Below are positions 10,223 through 20,146 of a stretch of DNA of 37,768 nt, one piece after another; within the stretch, counting starts at the first letter, position 1, and each line of letters begins with the position of its first letter. The notes beneath the pieces were generated by a model. It worked only from the letters and a program-made list of their open reading frames with translations. It had not been told where the DNA came from and made no database searches. The translations under genes were made by a program, and so were the position numbers. This DNA comes from Oculatellaceae cyanobacterium bins.114 (GTDB lineage: Bacteria > Cyanobacteriota > Cyanobacteriia > Elainellales > Elainellaceae), in assembly GCA_033764315.1 (NCBI GenBank), contig JANRJA010000251.1, forward strand, positions 1 to 37,768. Direction: 5' to 3'.

Positions 10223-11512
10223 ATGGCTATTTCAAAGCGTGGCTTCGTCTTGGGCGCAACTGCGGTAGCTGTTACCGCTGTCACCGTTACTGGAGCAGGA
10301 ATGCATTTGTCGCAAGGGCAAGCATTTTTTCAGGAGAGCCCCAAGGAGTTGATTGATGAAGTCTGGCAACTGGTCAACCGCAACTATGTTGACGCCACCT
10401 TTAACCAGACAGATTGGCAAGCCGTTAGGCGCGAATATTTAGGGCGGTCTTATAACAATCAAGAAGAGGCTTACACTGCTATTCGGGAAATGTTAGAGCG
10501 GTTGGAAGATCCATACACCCGCTTTATGAATCCAGAAGAGTTTCGCAGCATGCAGGTTGAGACCTCAGGAGAGTTGACCGGGGTTGGAATCCAGCTTTCT
10601 CAAGATGAGGAAACCAAGGAACTGGTTGTGGTTTCTCCCATCGAAGATTCACCGGCGTTTGCAGCGGGTATCACCGCTAGAGATGTGATTACAAAGATTG
10701 ATGGTCAGACAACAGAAGGCATGGATGTCAACCAAGCGGTATCCCTGATTCGGGGGCCGGCAGGAACAGCCGTGACTTTAACCATCAAACGAGGCGACCA
10801 AGAATTGGAGTTTCGCTTGGAGAGAGCACGCATTGAACTTCACCCGGTTCGCTATTCGCTGCAAGATAGCTCTGTGGGCAAGATTGGTTACATTCGCTTG
10901 ACCCAATTCAGCGCGAATGCAGGAGATGAGATGAAATCTGCGATTGAAGATTTAGAATCTCAAGGAGCAACGGGTTACGTCTTAGACCTGCGGGCTAACC
11001 CCGGTGGCTTGCTCTACTCCAGCATTGACATTGCTCGCATGTGGATCGATGAAGGCACGATTGTCTCAACGGTCGATCGTCAGGGCGTCTCTGATCGTCA
11101 AACGGCTAATGGAACTGCCCTTACTGATAAACCGTTGGTTGTATTGGTGGATGTCGGCTCTGCTAGTGCCAGCGAAATCTTGTCAGGAGCGTTGCAAGAT
11201 AACCACCGGGCTATGTTAGTAGGAACTCAAACCTTTGGTAAAGGGTTGGTGCAATCGGTGCGAGGTTTGGGGGATGGCTCTGGACTGGCAGTCACTGTTG
11301 CAAAATATTTAACCCCTAGTGGACGAGATATTAACCATGCTGGGATTGCTCCTGATGTGGTTGTAGAGCTAACAGATGAGCAGCGACAGGAACTTTTCCG
11401 CGATCGCGAAGCAATTGCCACCTCGGCTGATTTGCAATATTCTCGAGCCTTAGAAGTGCTAGGTCAGGGTATTGCAGCGCGGCAACAACAGCAGGCACAA
11501 ACGACGCCTTAG
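10223..11512 (+). CDS. ctpC: S41 carboxyl-terminal processing protease (PDZ), CtpC-like
   Basis: DPYT, GVGI (PDZ), DLRANPGG, SASASE, TFGKG. Paralog call from the N-terminus is less certain than the family call. Confidence 0.85.
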   Translation: MAISKRGFVLGATAVAVTAVTVTGAGMHLSQGQAFFQESPKELIDEVWQLVNRNYVDATFNQTDWQAVRREYLGRSYNNQEEAYTAIREMLERLEDPYTRFMNPEEFRSMQVETSGELTGVGIQLSQDEETKELVVVSPIEDSPAFAAGITARDVITKIDGQTTEGMDVNQAVSLIRGPAGTAVTLTIKRGDQELEFRLERARIELHPVRYSLQDSSVGKIGYIRLTQFSANAGDEMKSAIEDLESQGATGYVLDLRANPGGLLYSSIDIARMWIDEGTIVSTVDRQGVSDRQTANGTALTDKPLVVLVDVGSASASEILSGALQDNHRAMLVGTQTFGKGLVQSVRGLGDGSGLAVTVAKYLTPSGRDINHAGIAPDVVVELTDEQRQELFRDREAIATSADLQYSRALEVLGQGIAARQQQQAQTTP

Positions 11513-11548
11513 ACCACTGTCTTCAACCGATATCCTAACCTCGATAGC

Positions 11549-12097
11549 TTAAGCAATCGTCAGCGGAAACTCCTGTTCAACCCGCCAATGTTTCCCTGTG
11601 TGAATTAATAGGGTCAAGCGATCGCCCACAAATTCAAATTCTACTGGGTGCGATCGCAACTCTTCCCATGCTTGATTAAACGTCTGCCGAGTCAGGTTGC
11701 GAGAAGCCACAGTGAGATGCGGTGAAAAGGGACGCTGTTTTGATTGAGGGTTTGCGATCGCCAACTGCGTTTCAAGCGTTGCCATTAAGTTGGTTTGTAG
11801 TGCCAATAACTGGGGAGTTTTAAGAACATTGATGTAGAGCACCCGTGGTGGAAAGGCACCAAAGCCTGATAATTGAACGGGCACAGCATTGTGCTGTATG
11901 GCAAAGCTACTCAAACAGGTTTCTAAATCAGGTTGACGTGCCACACTCCACTCAAACGGAGGTTGTAGCGTCACATGAGGAGGAGCTTTTGAGACACCTG
12001 TGTGGTAGCGATCGCCCAACGATTGAATGACTTCATTAGCATAGTCTTGGATCGTTTGAGGAGGTAAAAGGGCTATAAAAAATCGAGATTGAGACAT
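11549..12097 (-). CDS. 2H phosphoesterase (2'-5' RNA ligase family)
   Basis: Two HxT motifs: PHVTL and PHLTV. Confidence 0.88.
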   Translation of the reverse strand: MSQSRFFIALLPPQTIQDYANEVIQSLGDRYHTGVSKAPPHVTLQPPFEWSVARQPDLETCLSSFAIQHNAVPVQLSGFGAFPPRVLYINVLKTPQLLALQTNLMATLETQLAIANPQSKQRPFSPHLTVASRNLTRQTFNQAWEELRSHPVEFEFVGDRLTLLIHTGKHWRVEQEFPLTIA

Positions 12098-12174
12098 TCT
12101 ACAAAACTCAACAGTCTTCTACACAGGGGATAATTCGCGCTATCCTTGAAATCCGATAGCAGAATACGATTGCA

Positions 12175-12441
12175 ATGCCTTGGTTTGTCAAAATCGAAAA
12201 GGGACTTGTTGATAAATCGATCTTTGATCAGTTCGTACCCGCTCACAGAGCCTTTGTCAAAGACCTGATTGCCCAAGGACATCAGGCAAAGACAGGATAT
12301 TGGGCTGAACGGGGTGGGGGGATGTTGTTATTTCAAGCGGCGTCGTTAGATGAAGCAAAGGCGATCGTGGCACAAGATCCTTTGATTCAAAATGGTTGTG
12401 TTTCCTATGAACTGCATGAGTGGCGGGTTGTAGTGGAGTAA
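12175..12441 (+). CDS. YciI family protein
   Basis: 88 aa with PAH, GGGMLLF and EAKAIVAQDP motifs. Confidence 0.82.
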   Translation: MPWFVKIEKGLVDKSIFDQFVPAHRAFVKDLIAQGHQAKTGYWAERGGGMLLFQAASLDEAKAIVAQDPLIQNGCVSYELHEWRVVVE

Positions 12442-12540
12442 AAAAATCGTATCAGTTGTTCCCCATCATCCAATGTAGGAATAGAACCTGGAGTGCCCCC
12501 CAAATTTTGATAAAAGTCCACCTAAGTATCTTGGTTTAGC

Positions 12541-13008
12541 ATGAGCGACAGCAGCGACGGTTATAAAATTGTCAGTGATAATCGACAAGCCCGGTTTCTC
12601 TACGAAATTCTAGAGACCTATGAGGCTGGAGTTGAGCTATTGGGCACAGAGGTCAAATCGATTCGTCAGGGCAAGGTCAATCTGCGCGATGGCTACGGTC
12701 TCATTCGCAATCATCAAGTGTGGTTGCACAACGTTCATGTCTCTCCTCATGACACCACCAATCGGGTCTACAACCATGACCCCACTCGGACACGCCGATT
12801 GCTCTTGCATAAAGACGAGATTCGTAAGTTGATTGGTCAGGTAGAGCAGAAAGGGTTAACGTTAGTACCTTTGAAGCTCTATTTGAAGCGGGGTTGGGTT
12901 AAGGTGACGTTGGCGTTGGTGCGGGGTAAAAAGTTACACGACAAGCGTGAAGACTTAAAACGCAAACAAGAGAAACGTGAGATTGAACGCGCTATTAAAT
13001 CGCGATGA
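12541..13008 (+). CDS. smpB: SsrA-binding protein SmpB
   Basis: NRQARF, EAGVELLGTEVKS, RRLLLHK, GKKLHDKRE. Confidence 0.98.
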   Translation: MSDSSDGYKIVSDNRQARFLYEILETYEAGVELLGTEVKSIRQGKVNLRDGYGLIRNHQVWLHNVHVSPHDTTNRVYNHDPTRTRRLLLHKDEIRKLIGQVEQKGLTLVPLKLYLKRGWVKVTLALVRGKKLHDKREDLKRKQEKREIERAIKSR

Positions 13009-13029
13009 ATCTGATGAATCTGTCGATTA

Positions 13030-13130
13030 TAGCCGTAGCCACATTCGATAAGGCGGAGGCGAGTCAGAAAGCTTTCCCAGCATTAGGGTTTGAGCCATTG
13101 CCTTTGCTGTAAGCTTTCTGACCAAAGCTA
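13030..13130. mobile_element. 101-bp MITE family A, copy 1
   Basis: TA|TAGC...GCTA|TA ends; internal inverted repeat GTCAGAAAGCTT/AAGCTTTCTGAC; 95/101 identical by eye to 18939-19039. Confidence 0.9.
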
Positions 13131-13330
13131 TAAGATCTGATGTTTTAAGAGCAAAAAAGGTTGCTATGGCAATCGTCAAGACAGTTGATTTAGTACCGTT
13201 TTTAATGAGCTTGCGTCAAATGCACCATTCTTGAACAAAAGGCTTAAGCCCCTTGTCCCAAAGCAGAAAGTGCACCTCACTTAGCCCAAATTTTCTGTAT
13301 CTCTACCTGTATCGTTGCAATGACCTATTT

Positions 13331-13444
13331 TCACGCATGTGCGATTTAGAGGTTTAGCTCCCCGGTTTCTTGTGAAGCATCCTCCGTGGGGTTGATAATC
13401 ATCATCAGAAACCAGGGATGTGGAGGAAATCGCACCTGGAGTTA
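13331..13444. mobile_element. MITE-like element family B, copy 1
   Basis: Inverted ends GTGCGATTT/AAATCGCAC and inner TCCCCGGTTTCT/AGAAACCAGGGA; its reverse complement aligns with 19626-19730. Confidence 0.7.
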
Positions 13445-13459
13445 TTTTAGAAGTCGGAA

Positions 13460-14989
13460 TTACACCGATGTTGAAGCAGGAACAGGCTTTTCTAAGATCA
13501 ACTTCGATCGCTTAACCAACTCTGGCACATCAATCGGATAGTCGCCTGTAAAGCACGCTGAGCAAAAACTTTGTGGATCTTCACCCGTTGTCTTTAACAT
13601 GCCATCCCAACTGAGATATGCCAGCGAATTAACCCCAATTTGGGACTCAATTTCCTGGACAGTTTTAGTTGCCGCAATTAACTGATCTTGGCTATCCGTG
13701 TCAATGCCATAAAAACAGGGATGAGTCACCGGGGGAGATGAAATGCGCATGTGTACCTCAGTTGCCCCCGCTTCACGCAAGGCCTTGACAATTTTACGGC
13801 TCGTTGTGCCCCGCACTAATGAGTCATCGACGATGAGAATTCGTTTGCCATTGAGCACATCTTTAAGCGGGTTGAGTTTCATGCGAATGCCTGATTCCCG
13901 CATACTTTGAGTGGGTTGAATGAAGGTCCGCCCGACATAGCGGTTTTTGATCAATCCCTCAGCGTAAGGAATTCCAGATTGTTGAGAAAACCCGATCGCC
14001 GCTGGAATGCCTGAATCTGGAACGCCCAAGACCAGATCTACATCTGCTGGAGCTTCGATCGCCAATTGCCGCCCAATTCGCATGCGATAGCTATACAAAC
14101 TCTCTTCATTCATGACGCTATCGGGACGCGCAAAATAGATCATCTCAAAAATACACAGTTTGCGTTTGACTTGAGGTGCCCAGTGGAACGAGGCCATGCC
14201 TTCTTCCGTGATCCACACTAATTCACCTGGCTCCACATCCCGTAGATAGTTTGCTCCAATAATATCCAGTCCACAGGTTTCTGAAGCAACTACATAGCGG
14301 ATTGAGCCGGTACTGTCTTCGTCTTCAAGGGTGCCAATCACCAGAGGTCGAATGCCGTTAGGGTCACGCGCTGCTATTAACCCATCGGGTGTGCCGATCG
14401 CCAGACTAAATGCCCCCTGGCAACGACGGAACGCCCGGGCTGCTCCTTCTAACCAATCATTGCCTGCATTCACTTCTTGCGCGATCGCCAGAGCAATCAT
14501 CTCAGAATCAGTGGTGGTTAAAAAAGGTGCATTAGAGCGGATCAACTCTTCTCGTAGGACGGTGGTGTTCACCAGATTGCCGTTATGGGCTAATGCCAAA
14601 ACCCCCAAACGGGTATCCACAATTGCGGGTTGGGCGTTGACCACCCGACTAGACCCGGTTGTTGAATAGCGGGTATGCCCCACCGCCAAGCTGCCCACTA
14701 GCTCATTGAGAACGTGTTCGTTAAATACCTGAGAGACCAACCCCATGTCTTTGTGAATATGAACACTGCCGTTATCAAAGGTTGCAATCCCTGCGGACTC
14801 TTGCCCGCGATGTTGTAAGGCAAACAGACCAAAGTAGGTCAGCTTGGCTACATCTTCTCCGGGAGCATAAATGCCAAACACTCCGCAAGCTTCTTCTGGC
14901 TTATCAGAAGGATTTAGTGTGGGTTGAGATTCGTCAAGGTCGGCAGAATGAGCACTGGGAGATCGAGGATCTGCGGAATTTGGCATCAT
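13460..14989 (-). CDS. purF: Amidophosphoribosyltransferase
   Basis: Propeptide-CGVFG, QHRGQES, GHTRYST, PRPP site VDDSLVRGTT, CFYGID, CSAC. Confidence 0.98.
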   Translation of the reverse strand: MMPNSADPRSPSAHSADLDESQPTLNPSDKPEEACGVFGIYAPGEDVAKLTYFGLFALQHRGQESAGIATFDNGSVHIHKDMGLVSQVFNEHVLNELVGSLAVGHTRYSTTGSSRVVNAQPAIVDTRLGVLALAHNGNLVNTTVLREELIRSNAPFLTTTDSEMIALAIAQEVNAGNDWLEGAARAFRRCQGAFSLAIGTPDGLIAARDPNGIRPLVIGTLEDEDSTGSIRYVVASETCGLDIIGANYLRDVEPGELVWITEEGMASFHWAPQVKRKLCIFEMIYFARPDSVMNEESLYSYRMRIGRQLAIEAPADVDLVLGVPDSGIPAAIGFSQQSGIPYAEGLIKNRYVGRTFIQPTQSMRESGIRMKLNPLKDVLNGKRILIVDDSLVRGTTSRKIVKALREAGATEVHMRISSPPVTHPCFYGIDTDSQDQLIAATKTVQEIESQIGVNSLAYLSWDGMLKTTGEDPQSFCSACFTGDYPIDVPELVKRSKLILEKPVPASTSV

Positions 14990-15087
14990 GGGAGAATTTA
15001 GCTCCTGTGTGGTATGAACGATGGACGGTGAGTAAGACCGGAAGCCGTAAACGGAATAAGGAATTCAAATGGGTGTTATAAGGGTCT

Positions 15088-15135
15088 CTTAATCTCGCTT
15101 AACCCTTCTTTAATACATTACTTAACAGTATGGCA
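15088..15135 (-). promoter_or_regulatory. Putative purF promoter with four YTTAAY repeats
   Basis: Minus-strand TGcCATACT extended -10 at about 15127-15135; plus-strand CTTAATCT 15088, CTTAACCC 15098, TTTAATAC 15109, CTTAACAG 15121. Confidence 0.4.
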
Positions 15136-15388
15136 GGCTTGAGGAGTAACAGAACCTCAATTTGTAACATTCAGAATTGGGGCTATTCATCAGACCCAAC
15201 CCTAGAGGAGACAGTGCACAGTTGAGTAAGTAGGTCTACATTCATTTGGGGGATTTTTTGTCCAAAAGAATGGTTGAATGGGTTCAAACCAACTGAGATT
15301 TGCAACACGCCATCCTTTATCTCGTTCACTCAACACAGCTTGATAGGCTAGTGAGAACAGCCTCTTTAAAAACGCTTTAGTGAAAGCA

Positions 15389-17779
15389 TTAATCCACTTT
15401 CATACGCCGCTCAATAGCATTAACCCAGCGATCGCTCATTGCCTCCATGCTAACGTCAATCACTGAGAGCCGGTCTGCGGTCGAGATTTTTAGAGCAGTA
15501 TCAAATTCGCTCACCTGACCGAGGTGTTGCCAGTGATTTCCGAGGTGTTCTTGCAAATAGGATTCCCAGGTTTGACGCTGTTGAACAGTGACTGACACTA
15601 AGATACGAGCACCTCCCTCGGCAAACAGTAGGTGATCCCAGCGCACCGTTGCTAAATGGTTATCCACGGTTAATTTAATATCGGCTCCCCGTTGACCGCT
15701 GATACAACATTCTGCCAGGGCGATCGCCAATCCCCCTTCAGCACAGTCATGCGCCGATCGCACCCAACCCTGTCGAATGCCCTCTCGACAGACCGATTGC
15801 ACCTGCCGCTCTACGTCAAAATCAATCACTGGAGGCATTCCTGCAATGGTGTTGTGAATTGCAGCCAGGTATTCAGATGCACCCAAAGTAACCCCCTCAG
15901 AGAGCGTTTCTAGATCTGCCCCCAAGAGATAAATCAAATCTCCGGGCGATCGCCATCCCTGCCCACAGATCTGTGTTAGATCAGAAATCAAGCCCACCAT
16001 GCCCACAACTGGAGTGGGATAGATCGGTTGAGGATTGCCTGAGGCATCCACTGTCTCGTTATACAGAGAGACATTACCCCCTGTAACGGGAGTATTAAAC
16101 TCTCGACAGGCGTCAGCAATTCCCCGACAGGCTTCTGCTAGCTGCCAATATCCGATCGGTTTTTCGGGACTACCAAAATTGAGATTATCGGTCACGGCTA
16201 GCGGGTCAGCCCCTACACAACTGAGGTTACGCGCCGCTTCTGCGACGGCTGCCTTTGCCCCTTCATAGGGATGCAGATAGACATACCGTCCGTTGCAATC
16301 GACGGTTGCCGCTACACCTGATGACACTGAAGGGGGTGTTACTTCCGTGCTGTGAAGCAGTTCCTTGGGTGGGGCGATCGCCTCTTGAGGGCGCAGACGA
16401 ATGATGGCGGCATCGGCTCCACCCGGCAACATCACGGTGTTGTTTTGCACTTGATGATCGTATTGGCGATAGACCCAACGTTTTGAGGCGATCGTTGGGG
16501 TATCCAACAAAGTCAGCAAAATGTCGTTCCAGCTTTGCAACTGTCCTTGGATCTCAATGCCTTCTACAGTGCAATTGGGTAAATCAGTCACTTGCCAAGC
16601 CCAAGCTTGACGAGCATAGGCAGGCGGTTCGGCTAACAACTCACGGTGGTAGATGGGGGTGTTGTCTGCCAGTGCTGTTGCCGGAATCTCAGCCGCCACT
16701 TTGCCTTGAAAGAAAATCCGCACAATTGGTTCTGCAATCACGGTTCCAGCGACAACGGCGTGCAGGCCCCAGCGTTCAAAAATATCAATCAGCTCTTGCT
16801 CTCGCCCCTGATGAGCCACAAACAACATGCGCTCTTGTGACTCCGATAATAGGTACTCATAGGGCACCATTCCGGTTTCGCGGACGGGAATTAAATCCAG
16901 GTCTAGCTCAATGCCGACTCCGCCTTTGGCTGCCATCTCTGAAGTGGAACAGGTAATGCCTGCGGCTCCCATGTCTTGAGCGGCTACGACAGCCCCCGTT
17001 TTAAACGCTTCCAAACAAGCTTCGATCAAAGATTTTTCCAAAAACGGATCACCCACTTGCACAGCTGGGCGATCGCGCTCTGATTCATCGGTCAATTCAG
17101 CACTGGCAAAACTAGCTCCTCCCATACCATCGCGTCCGGTGGTTGACCCAACGTACAACACTGGATTACCAATGCCTGAAGCCCCTGATTTGACGATCTC
17201 TGAGGTTTCCATTAAGCCTAACGCCATTGCATTCACCAGAGGATTGCCCGCATAGGCTGGGTCAAAGTAAACCTCACCGCCCACCGTGGGCACACCCACT
17301 GAGTTGCCATAATGGGAAATGCCTGAAACCACGCCACTAAACAACCGTCGTGTGCGGGCATCGTCTAAACTGCCAAACCGGAGGGAATCAAGCACCGCGA
17401 TCGGGCGTGCCCCCATTGTAAAGATGTCCCGTAAAATGCCACCGACCCCAGTCGCGGCTCCTTGAAACGGCTCCACCGCAGAGGGATGGTTGTGAGACTC
17501 GATCTTAAAGGCTAGGCGTAGGCCATTGCCAACATCCACTACACCTGCGTTTTCACCAGGCCCCACCAAAATGCGATCGCCCGTTGTGGGAAACTGTTTT
17601 AACAACGGACGAGAATTTTTATAGCAACAGTGTTCTGACCACATCACCCCAAACATACCTAACTCGGCTTTGTTGGGATGACGATCTAACCGTCTGACGA
17701 TTTCTTCGTATTCATCAGGCTTTAACCCCTCAGCAGCAATTTCATCAGGGGAAAACGGAGCAGAGGAAACGGCAGACAT
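15389..17779 (-). CDS. purL: Phosphoribosylformylglycinamidine synthase subunit PurL
   Basis: [40 protein letters not shown]. Start trimmed to ATG 17779. Confidence 0.98.
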   Translation of the reverse strand: MSAVSSAPFSPDEIAAEGLKPDEYEEIVRRLDRHPNKAELGMFGVMWSEHCCYKNSRPLLKQFPTTGDRILVGPGENAGVVDVGNGLRLAFKIESHNHPSAVEPFQGAATGVGGILRDIFTMGARPIAVLDSLRFGSLDDARTRRLFSGVVSGISHYGNSVGVPTVGGEVYFDPAYAGNPLVNAMALGLMETSEIVKSGASGIGNPVLYVGSTTGRDGMGGASFASAELTDESERDRPAVQVGDPFLEKSLIEACLEAFKTGAVVAAQDMGAAGITCSTSEMAAKGGVGIELDLDLIPVRETGMVPYEYLLSESQERMLFVAHQGREQELIDIFERWGLHAVVAGTVIAEPIVRIFFQGKVAAEIPATALADNTPIYHRELLAEPPAYARQAWAWQVTDLPNCTVEGIEIQGQLQSWNDILLTLLDTPTIASKRWVYRQYDHQVQNNTVMLPGGADAAIIRLRPQEAIAPPKELLHSTEVTPPSVSSGVAATVDCNGRYVYLHPYEGAKAAVAEAARNLSCVGADPLAVTDNLNFGSPEKPIGYWQLAEACRGIADACREFNTPVTGGNVSLYNETVDASGNPQPIYPTPVVGMVGLISDLTQICGQGWRSPGDLIYLLGADLETLSEGVTLGASEYLAAIHNTIAGMPPVIDFDVERQVQSVCREGIRQGWVRSAHDCAEGGLAIALAECCISGQRGADIKLTVDNHLATVRWDHLLFAEGGARILVSVTVQQRQTWESYLQEHLGNHWQHLGQVSEFDTALKISTADRLSVIDVSMEAMSDRWVNAIERRMKVD

Positions 17780-17989
17780 AACAGCCTCGATCAATACGAC
17801 AAGATTTATTCTAGTGGACAAAACCTCACCCCTATTTCTACTTGGGATATTTGAAGGGAGTCGATATGATGGGAACGGCAATTGATGCTGACTCTAAAAA
17901 TCTAGAGAGATTGCTAAAAATGCGCGTTATCGCGGCTTAGCTATCTGGTTCATGCGCCCATTTCACTGTTCTCAATCTTGATTTTTGCT

Positions 17990-18586
17990 ATGCGTAACCC
18001 TGTGCGATCGCCCTTTATCCGCGTTTCACTCATCTCACTGGCTACTGTCGGGTTGTTTGCCCCTGCCCCCGCTTCGGCTCAAATCTCGACCCGCGTTAGA
18101 ACAATTCACTATCAAACCTGCGCCAGCAGTTTAACAGGGGCAGGAATTTCTGAGGCCGATGCGGCTGAAGCCTGTGCAGCCGCACTCTATCCTCAAGATT
18201 TGGCTTCCTGTGTGACTCGCATTGACAACGGTACTGAAATCGCAGCGACCGATGCGCTGTCTGGCTGTCGGCAGGTGCGTCGCCCAATCGAGTTAGCCAC
18301 TTGTGTGAATGACATTGACGACACCGCTACGGGTGCTGAGTCGTTGGTAGTGCTCGACAACTGCCGTCGCAGCCTATTGCCCATTCGCTTCTCAGCTTGT
18401 GTGGTCGGCTTGAGCCGTGAAGTTGACTTTGCCCCAACAGAAGCTCTGGAAACTTGTATTGCGGCTGGCGATCGCCCTAGCAATTTGCGTCCTAACTTCA
18501 TTCCAGTTGGACAAGAACCTGTCACTCCCCTAATTGATCCTACGGTTCCTCCAGAGTCAACTCCAGTTTTGCCCCCGTCTCCCTAG
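17990..18586 (+). CDS. Exported Cys-rich repeat protein, function unknown
   Basis: Signal-peptide-like N-terminus (ASA|Q), 8 Cys in roughly 28-aa repeats, Pro-rich tail. Confidence 0.75.
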   Translation: MRNPVRSPFIRVSLISLATVGLFAPAPASAQISTRVRTIHYQTCASSLTGAGISEADAAEACAAALYPQDLASCVTRIDNGTEIAATDALSGCRQVRRPIELATCVNDIDDTATGAESLVVLDNCRRSLLPIRFSACVVGLSREVDFAPTEALETCIAAGDRPSNLRPNFIPVGQEPVTPLIDPTVPPESTPVLPPSP

Positions 18587-18619
18587 CTTGCACCCTGACT
18601 CGCTTTAAGCCTCAAACTG

Positions 18620-18656
18620 GGGGAGGAACTTCAGCCTTTTGTTTGGGTTCCTCCCT
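18620..18656. terminator. Hairpin between convergent genes
   Basis: GGGAGGAAC ... GTTCCTCCC inverted repeat with a long loop. Confidence 0.4.
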
Positions 18657-18713
18657 TTCCAGCGACTTGTTAGCTGGCTTATCTCACCGATAACCTTTAA
18701 GTACGAAGAGGGT

Positions 18714-19215
18714 TTAAGGTTGAAAACGAAGGCTTTGAAGGGGGCGCACTTGGGCAATGGCCTCAAAGTCACGATCATTGTGAATCAAAAGCAAATTGTT
18801 TTCTAGTGCTGCTTGAGCAATACAGCAATCGATTGGGCTGCGAACAGTAAGTCCTTGGCGGCGTAGGTCAAAGTAGATACGAGCTGCTGCTTGCCAAGAC
18901 TGATTTGTAAGCTCGGCGTAATCTTGTGTTTCGAGGTATAGCCGTAGCCACATTCGATGGGGCGGAGGCGAGTCAGAAAGCTTTCCCAGCATCAGGATTT
19001 GAGCCATTGCCTTTGCCTTAAGCTTTCTGACCAAAGCTATAAGTGGAAAGGAGATCCCATTCTTGCTCATTCAAGCTGCCTTGAAGCAGTTCAAGCTGAG
19101 TAAATCGAGTGATTAGAACTTCTCGATTGGCAATCAGAGTTGCGAGTTGCTGGCGAACTTGACCACTGCGATCGCGAAATACGCTAACCCAAACAGATGT
19201 GTCAATCAGCAGCAT
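18714..19215 (-). pseudogene. vapC: VapC (PIN-domain) toxin frameshifted by a MITE
   Basis: MLLIDTSVW...ELLQG...LSTY | 103-nt insert | LETQDY...IDCCIA...HNDRDF. Removing the element plus one TA restores a 399-nt, 132-aa frame. Confidence 0.92.
18939..19039. mobile_element. 101-bp MITE family A, copy 2 (inside vapC)
   Basis: TA duplication at 18937-18938 and 19040-19041; near-identical to 13030-13130. Confidence 0.92.
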
Positions 19216-19414
19216 GACGAGTTTCGCGCAGGGCTTTATGGTCAAAATCTGGGGAAAGCTGAATTTGCCCCGCTAAGTCGAGCAAGTTTTTCTTACGACG
19301 CGATCGCACAAATTCTTGCAAAGCAAACTTGATCAACTCTTCCTGAGTTGCTAGGTCAGTGAGTGCAAAGGCTTCGTTAAGGAGAGATTCATCAAGATTG
19401 AGGACTATTTGCAT
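19202..19414 (-). CDS. vapB: VapB family antitoxin
   Basis: 70 aa with ribbon-helix-helix-like N-terminus (LNLDESLLNEA...ALQEFVR); overlaps the vapC start by 14 nt. Confidence 0.85.
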   Translation of the reverse strand: MQIVLNLDESLLNEAFALTDLATQEELIKFALQEFVRSRRKKNLLDLAGQIQLSPDFDHKALRETRHAAD

Positions 19415-19625
19415 AGTGACACACTCAGGTTCTAAGGAAAAATCATCAAATTTCTGAATTGTGAAGCTTTTAAGTGTCTGTATCAGGATTTAAGTGACAA
19501 TAACTTCGACTGCTCGACTGGGTTGAAACTCGCGTATAGACATAGGCATTACTCTGGAATTTCGTCACTTCCTATTAGCACTGGTTTTCCATCGTAGCGA
19601 ACAGGTTTAAGAGGAATGGTTACTT

Positions 19626-19730
19626 TAACCCTGTGTGCGACTTTCCCCAGATCCCCGGTTGCTGTGACGCAAATCAAACTACTTTGAGGATGCTGAACGA
19701 GCAACCGGGGATCTAAACTTCTGACTCGAC
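19626..19730. mobile_element. MITE-like element family B, copy 2
   Basis: Perfect 15-bp inverted repeat AGATCCCCGGTTGCT (19649-19663) / AGCAACCGGGGATCT (19700-19714); colinear with the reverse complement of 13331-13444. Confidence 0.7.
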
Positions 19731-19933
19731 TAACTCCCTGCGTAATGCTGCTATCGTCTCCTGTAAGCCAATTCGGCCTGCGTTTTCTCCCGTCACTTAT
19801 CCTTAGTGGTCGCCTACAAAATTTTTCTGTACTGAGATCTTCGCACATAAAATTTTGCTTTGGGCGTGTTGCACCTTGCGGAGCTAGCTAACTCCTGTGT
19901 ATGCAGATCTGGAGAGAGTTCAAAATTTGACTT

Positions 19934-20034
19934 GATCCCCCTCAATTCACCTTATAAGCAACCGTGTATACCCATTTTTCAATGAGATACTCGGTTGCTT
20001 GGATAAGTTTGAAAACCAGGTATTGGGGGAATCT
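19934..20034. repeat. Nested inverted-repeat remnant
   Basis: Outer GATCCCCC...GGGGGAATC; inner AAGCAACCGTGTAT (19956-19969) / ATACTCGGTTGCTT (19987-20000), 13/14 match. Confidence 0.45.
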
Positions 20035-20146
20035 CTCCCAAAAACCTAGCAGAAGGTGTTTGGGTTAATTCACAGGTGCGGCTTCGCATCTATCCTAAGT
20101 TTGAGTGCTTCTAGTTTTCCCAAAATTAAGGTTTCCTTGGACTAAA

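Noticed and set aside
13009..13459. tmRNA (ssrA) next to smpB
   Set aside because: No tRNA-like ends or tag frame seen; the interval is largely explained by MITE/REP debris.
15222..15335. Possible decayed MITE between purL and purF
   Set aside because: Inverted ends too degenerate and no second copy in the window.
16310..16400. Extra segment in PurL ([23 protein letters not shown]) as intein or mobile insert
   Set aside because: About 20 aa, no intein terminal motifs or inverted repeats; looks like a variable loop.
18714..19070. 118-aa ORF (and the 75-aa ORF at 19018-19245) as independent genes
   Set aside because: They are the two halves of the interrupted vapC; part of the 118-aa ORF is translated MITE sequence.
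19549..19848. 99-aa minus-strand ORF
   Set aside because: Runs through repeat family B, has no clear RBS and no recognisable motif; at most a gene remnant.
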